NCBI GenBank assembly: GCA_000004985.1 | Contig: GG739210.1 | DNA length: 3,743 nucleotides | Strand: one strand, 5' to 3' | Source: Naegleria gruberi | Taxonomy: Eukaryota | In this document: piece by piece, positions 1 through 3,743 of the stretch | Numbering within the stretch: the first letter of the stretch is position 1 | Layout of the letters: each line of letters opens with the position of its first letter | Made by a program: the position numbers and the translations under genes | Notes under the pieces: generated by a model | What the model was told of the DNA's origin: nothing | Seen by the model: the letters and a program-made list of their open reading frames with translations, nothing else | The model's database searches: none

Positions 1-214
1 TACAATTACACGCTAATAAAAACAGTATCGCCGAAAATTTTATTGTAATTACACACTTTGTTTACAAGTCCACTAGTTTGATGAGAAATAAGGGAAATAG
101 TTCCGACAATCATTAATGATTGAAAACTAACACTTTTCAATGAAACAAAATAAGCTGAGTTCATTCTGGTTGTGTGTTAGCATATTGTTCTCATGTGTAT
201 TAACAGGTATAGCG

Positions 215-242
215 GACACTCAAGTTATATGACACTCAAGTT
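215..242. repeat. Tandem direct repeat of the 12-mer GACACTCAAGTT with a 4-bp ATAT spacer (period 16).
   Basis: Read directly: gacactcaagtt (215-226), atat, gacactcaagtt (231-242). The element is more GC-rich than its surroundings and lies in non-coding DNA. Confidence 0.5.
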
Positions 243-693
243 CTGATTGATGGTTTAAATATATAACAACAATGTATAATAATGATGAATAATAACATCT
301 TACAACAACAATAATAACACATTTGATAATATGATGGTAATGATGATCATTTGGTGCTTTTTGGTATTGTTTGGACAATGATCATCCTATTGATGCAATC
401 TACCGATCCGGTATTGATGGTTATCGACTTCTTTCTTGTTGTTTTGCCTTGCTTAACAACAGTATATACCCTGTATCCATCAATCAACAAATCTACTCGG
501 CCATGATGATGGTAACATTGATCCTAACAAGAATAATTCCTCTAGATCCAAGTACATGACTGCTACTGGTGCTATTCAACATCCACAACAACAACAAAAA
601 TCTTTTTGTGTTCTAATGTGATTTTAAAACACAAACATTGGAAAATCCTTTTCAGAAAATCCTGGAGATGGTTGTGAATTTTGTAAACCTATA

Positions 694-713
694 AATAATA
701 TTTAAATATTATT
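694..713. repeat. 20-bp perfect palindrome AATAATATTTAAATATTATT (A/T only).
   Basis: The sequence 694-713 equals its own reverse complement. It lies in the AT-rich spacer downstream (minus sense) of the LYS2-like block. Confidence 0.5.
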
Positions 714-809
714 ATTACAATGATATGGTTTTTTTTTGGAATTTTGTTATTGTTGTTGTAAAATCATATGATGAAAATGTCCAATATAATTATATTTCCA
801 TTTTTTTTG

Positions 810-1952
810 TTATATTGTTGGTGTAATTTTTACAAAATAGTATTTAACAAAATATTTATTTATAATATTAAAGATATCCAGTCCAAATATTTTGGGCCTG
901 TGAAACAGTGTAATAGGAAAATATTGTTTCATCCATGGATAATAGTGAGTGAGAGGACCGTGTCTTCCCAAAACACCCTTTGGAATACCAGTACTTCCTG
1001 ATGTATAGGTGCAAACAGCAAAGTCATCTTGTGTAATTTTAACATTCAAAGTTGGATCTTCGCTCAAATTGGAATCGTTATAATCAGAGTAGACATTCTC
1101 ATTAAGAATATCAGTCATGGATTTCAATACTGTTACAAACTTGGTATTTTCATTGATAAAATCAATGACAGACTTTGGTAATTGACCAGCAGCTTCAATT
1201 AAAATAACTGCGGATGGTGTTGAAACTTCCAAACAAGTGATAATTCTATCGGCTGGATAAGCAGGATCTAACATGTTGAAAATTGCACCACATTTCAATG
1301 TAGACAAGATGGCCAACACAACTGGACAAGATCTGTGACCAAAGATTGTCACAACCTCCTGTCTCTTCAATCCCTTATGAAGTAAGTGTCTTGATAACTG
1401 ATTGGAAACTCGATTCAATTGTTCAAAGGTAACACTTTCATGATTATCAACCATGGTAATTCTATCTGGTGTTTGTTTAGCTTGTTCTTGGAAAATTTCA
1501 TGAATTGGACCAACGAAATCGTTATTCAAAGCTTTATCAGGGTGTGGTAAAACCTTCTTGGCATATTCAGTCACCAAACTGATATCATAAATAGAGACAT
1601 TGCAATTACTCGACAATACTTGTTCAGAAACTAATTTCAATTGATTCAATAATTCAGCCATTCTCAATTCTGTGAACAAGTTATTTTGATAAATGATACT
1701 GAGTTCGTTAGATTGAGTATTGTAGTGTAAATTTAAATCAACATTCGAAATAGGGAATGGTTTGTCCACCTTAGTGAATGGACCGGCATAGGAACTATAA
1801 GAAACTTGAACGAGTAAATTTGTATCAATATTACCAGCATTAGCATTGTTAGACAAAAATTGTTCGAGAATATTCTTTACATTATTGAAATATGATAAAT
1901 GATTCAATGAATCATTATATGATTGTTGTACATTGTAACAAATTAACTCCAA
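810..1952 (-). pseudogene. LYS2: Lys2-type L-2-aminoadipate reductase gene fragment. The homologous core is ~918..1945 (about residues 85-440 of a ~1390-aa Lys2): Lys2 N-terminal region plus adenylation motifs A1, A2 and A3 only. The 3' stretch 810..917 is a non-homologous AT-rich tail. There is no ATG start (the track M is TTG at 1950-1952) and the first upstream in-frame stop is at 1977-1979.
   Basis: The translation closely matches yeast Lys2 from memory. DFVGPIHEIFQEQAKQTPDRITMVDN matches Sc DFVGCIHDIFQDNAEAFPERTCVVETP. The A1-like VTFEQLNRVSNQLSRHL matches Sc FTYRDINRTSNIVAHYL. The A2-like LKCGAIFNMLDPAYPADR matches Sc LKAGATFSVIDPAYPPAR. AAGQLPKSVIDFINE matches Sc AAGQLDQLVEDYIND. A3 [16 protein letters not shown]...YYPWMKQYF (plus ~918-995) matches Sc [30 protein letters not shown]. 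Immediately after KQYF the frame reads PITLFHRPKIFGLDIFNIINKYFVKYYFVKITPTI*, which has no similarity to the expected ...NLTENDKFTMLSGIAHDPIQRD..., contains CTG codons and is low-complexity. No A4-A10, PCP or reductase-domain motifs appear in any frame of 1..905. I list the ORF as a pseudogene or gene relic rather than an intact CDS. Confidence 0.6.
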
Positions 1953-2483
1953 TAAAACAAAGTTCCAGAACAGATTTTATTTAGTGTTATCTCAAATTTA
2001 TGCAACGAGTATTAAAAAGCTTGAAATATGAACATACACTAACCAATAGGTTCGTATTTATCTTAATGTTTATCGTACATAACAGAACACCGATACAATT
2101 TCTTACCACCAAATGTCAAAGTTACACTATTCCGTCATTAGTACAGGTTTGGGTATATGCTCAAAATATTGTATGTTATTTCGTGTATTATAAGCCAAGA
2201 TATCTAAGATTGTTGATACCGTTTATCAGAAGTGGAAAGCTCCTCTTTATCTACAAACACAGCTCCAAAGTTAATGATAAACTTTACTAGTTAATAGCAT
2301 TCATTTGACATATTCATTACGAAACCGTTGTTAAAAGTCAGCATCTGATGTATCTGTAGTAAGTTGATCTGTACAACCACATGTATATATTTAACATAAT
2401 CGTGTACTAGTATAATGATTATCAATATCCAAGTGTTTGCTTGTTACGATTCTATGATTATCAGTAATATAATATTTACTTAG

Positions 2484-2672
2484 GTATTGCTTGGGTTAGC
2501 TCTTACTTTTCTCCAACCAACTGAATCAGACGAACAAGAAATTAAAGTTTTGACTCCCAGATTCGACTTCAGAACCTGGTTAGCCATTGTAGAGGATGAT
2601 GATTCTAACAATCACATTGATTTCACAACTGCTACCAGTAACTTGTGGCTTTTTTCTCAAGATTCCTTTTAA
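2484..2672 (+). other. Unassigned open frame (62 codons, no ATG; the track start is TTG) encoding an acidic peptide ...TESDEQEIKVLTPRFDFRTWLAIVEDDDSNNHIDFTTATSNLWLFSQDSF*. It could be a terminal exon of an unrecognised plus-strand gene or may be spurious.
   Basis: It opens right after TAG at 2481-2483, which also forms a ...tatttacttAG| acceptor-like context. Its codon choice (ccc, ttc, gac, acc, gcc, gag, ctc) is less A/T3-biased than the two recognisable genes. I recognise no homology. Confidence 0.12.
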
Positions 2673-3084
2673 ATTTTTTACCTTTTAATTACACACCAAC
2701 TTTTTATTGTGTTGCTCTTGTTTGAGTCACCCAAGTCTGCTTGATAATAGAAAGAAGGTTCAATTTCCATCATTCCAACCACTTTTAATTATTTATGGCT
2801 TTAAATGTTAGAATATTTCTTGACTTGAAATTTTTCACTTACCTCTCTCTATCTACGGAAAACAAGCTGTTTCTAACTGATGGTTGCAATTAACAAATTC
2901 ATCAAGAAAAATCATGTCTTAATCAAAAAACAAGCAAAGGATATTATACTTATTTTTCCAATCCATTCTGCATCTCTTATTGGCACTTTGTTTTAAAACC
3001 TAATTAAATTTGATGACGGATTGTTGCTTTGAATTGAAAAAGGAATTATGTTGTGACAAAAGAATAGAAAGTCTCTAACATGTT

Positions 3085-3115
3085 AAAAATATAAATTTAT
3101 ATAAAAATTATATTA
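3085..3115 (-). terminator. Putative 3'-end processing / poly(A) region for the MVP gene: AT-rich block with a TATATA element 60-90 nt downstream of the TAG stop.
   Basis: The minus-strand sequence downstream of the stop is ...ttgtttaatataatttttatataaatttatatttttaaca.... TATATA lies at plus 3098-3103 and is palindromic, flanked by A-rich runs. This is the efficiency-element pattern used in yeast-like 3' ends. The call is by analogy only. Confidence 0.25.
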
Positions 3116-3142
3116 AACAACTTGATTTCTACAACTCATTCC

Positions 3143-3170
3143 TCTTGTTGTTTGTTGGTTGTTGTTTGAT
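3143..3170. repeat. (TTG/TTGT)n = (CAA/ACAA)n simple-sequence tract immediately downstream of the MVP stop. Similar (CAA)n and (AAT/GAT)n tracts occur at 575-598 and 262-350.
   Basis: Plus strand tcttgttgtttgttggttgttgtttg. Plus strand caacatccacaacaacaacaaaaa at 575-598. aataatgatgaataataacatcttacaacaacaataataacac at 262-320. Confidence 0.45.
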
Positions 3171-3176
3171 AATCAT

Positions 3177-3743
3177 CTAATATTGAGTAACATTTAATTT
3201 CAATTGAGTAGATTGTGGTACAATAGTAGCCTTTCTAACATTCTTTGTTGCATTCATTAATTTAACATATTCAATGTATAAATCACCCTTATCACCATCT
3301 AATAATTGCATAGTTTCCTTAATTTGATTCAATTCACTATCATATTTAGCCTTTTTCAATAAAGAAATTGAATCATTTTCAGCCTTTTCTCTTTCAATTT
3401 TAGCTTGACCTTCAATTCTTGATTTTTCAATCTTTTCTTTTTGCATATTTGAATTTTTGATTTGAATTAAATTCTTTTTCAATTTTGCAAATTCAATTTG
3501 AGATTGAATTTCTTCCTTTTCAGCTAAATTCTTTGCATTTTCTTGTAATTTGTTACACATAATATTCATTGATGATTTAATGGATGAATCTAATAATTGT
3601 GCAATTTCCTTATCAACTGGTCTTAATTCTTTAACATCAACTGCATAAACAAAGAAATTAAATTCTCTAAATAATCTACCATGTACTTGAACTGATGTTT
3701 CATCATTAAATTCTACTTTGTAATCTTTAAATAAATTATTTCT
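3177..3743 (-). CDS. MVP: Major vault protein (MVP) homologue, C-terminal part (end of shoulder domain, cap-helix, cap-ring). The 5' end of the gene lies beyond the window edge at 3743. The track ORF 3177..3569 is only the part after an internal Met.
   Basis: The minus-strand frame stays open from 3743 down to a TAG stop (plus 3177-3179) and reads RNNLFKDYKVEFNDETSVQVHGRLFREFNFFVYAVDVKELRPVDKEIAQLLDSSIKSSMNIMCNKLQENAK...EKSRIEGQAKIEREKAENDS...DLYIEYVKLMNATKNVRKATIVPQSTQLKLNVTQY*. From memory of metazoan MVP, FFVYAVDVKELRPVDKEIAQLLDSSIK aligns with ...[26 protein letters not shown] at the shoulder/cap-helix junction. The long K/E/Q/A-rich helix aligns with the cap-helix, and YVKLMNATKNVRKATIVPQSTQLKLNV aligns with the C-terminal ...[25 protein letters not shown]. 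Codon usage is strongly A/T3-biased and there are no in-frame CTG codons. I cannot run a database search. Confidence 0.7.
   Translation of the reverse strand, partial: RNNLFKDYKVEFNDETSVQVHGRLFREFNFFVYAVDVKELRPVDKEIAQLLDSSIKSSMNIMCNKLQENAKNLAEKEEIQSQIEFAKLKKNLIQIKNSNMQKEKIEKSRIEGQAKIEREKAENDSISLLKKAKYDSELNQIKETMQLLDGDKGDLYIEYVKLMNATKNVRKATIVPQSTQLKLNVTQY

Noticed and set aside
119-141. 8-bp inverted repeat attgaaaa/ttttcaat with a 7-nt loop
   Set aside because: It is short, A/T-only and expected by chance at this composition.
282-502. C-box-like TGATGA motifs (282-288, 341-346, 497-502) suggesting a C/D snoRNA
   Set aside because: They arise from (AAT/GAT)n repeats. I found no appropriately spaced CUGA D box or terminal stem.
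371-559. Track ORF (+, 62 aa) MDNDHPIDAIYRSG...
   Set aside because: The start is TTG, not ATG, with an in-frame stop 27 nt upstream. The ORF overlaps (AAT/GAT)n and (CAA)n simple sequence and gives a low-complexity hydrophobic translation. I recognise no homology.
768-1001. Track ORF (+, 77 aa) antisense to the Lys2 block
   Set aside because: It is a shadow frame opposite the conserved minus-strand ORF and its AT-rich tail. The translation (FPFFLLYCWCNFYKIVFNKIFIYNI...) is typical of translated AT-rich DNA.
1950-2040. Intron hypothesis for the Lys2 5' end (GTATGT on the minus strand at plus 2034-2039)
   Set aside because: I found no acceptable branch point or YAG acceptor between it and the conserved block. 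The frames upstream contain stops. The idea is kept only as an alternative inside the finding on the 5' boundary.
2000-2290. Track ORF (+, 96 aa) MQRVLKSLKYEHTLTNRFVFILMF...
   Set aside because: It has no recognisable similarity and a hydrophobic, low-complexity composition. It sits in the presumptive upstream or decayed region of the Lys2 block, so a chance open frame is most likely.
2723-2729. Perfect Gcn4/AP-1-type site TGAGTCA, attractive because LYS genes are under general amino-acid control in yeasts
   Set aside because: It occurs once and lies ~770 bp from the Lys2 block. At roughly 0.2-0.5 expected occurrences per window by chance, it is not significant.
2750-2785. tRNA T-loop-like GGTTCAATTTCC
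   Set aside because: It has an extra base relative to the GGTTCRANYCC consensus, and no acceptor or D-arm cloverleaf can be drawn around it.
3177-3179. Alternative (ciliate) genetic code
   Set aside because: The MVP frame terminates at TAG exactly where MVP homologues end. Reading through gives low-complexity nonsense until TGA.
1-3743. Prokaryotic-style defence, CRISPR or mobile-element system
   Set aside because: Both recognisable genes are eukaryotic in character. There are no repeat-spacer arrays, no transposase, integrase or reverse-transcriptase signatures in any frame, and no terminal inverted repeats that I could find by eye.

Overview
This 3.7 kb window is AT-rich (roughly 30% GC) and looks like eukaryotic nuclear DNA. 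Coding segments prefer A/T-ending codons (tta, aga, caa, ggt, cca, aat) and the one recognisable gene end stops at TAG, so a TAA/TAG=Gln ciliate code is unlikely. Only two stretches resemble protein-coding sequence; both are on the minus strand. The first (3177..3743, running off the right edge) is the C-terminal ~188 codons of a major vault protein (MVP) homologue. The second is an open ~350-codon block (810..1952) that is clearly a Lys2-type L-2-aminoadipate reductase, covering the Lys2-specific N-terminal region and adenylation core motifs A1 to A3. It has no ATG start, and homology stops at ~918 into a 35-codon AT-rich nonsense tail before the stop at 810. The remaining ~950 codons of a normal LYS2 are not detectable anywhere in 1..905 in any frame, which makes this look like an isolated gene fragment or recent pseudogene. 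The rest of the window is low-complexity, AT-rich non-coding DNA with (CAA)n-type microsatellites, short direct repeats, a 20-bp perfect AT palindrome and a 10-mer (ATGATTATCA) present four times. The ORF-track M at 371, 1952 and 2487 is TTG, not ATG, so those starts carry no weight. I see no tRNA or rRNA, no CRISPR, no recognisable transposon, and nothing resembling a prokaryotic defence locus. The most interesting observations are the truncated LYS2 block and the co-occurrence of a fungal-type Lys2 with a vault protein, both reported with caveats.
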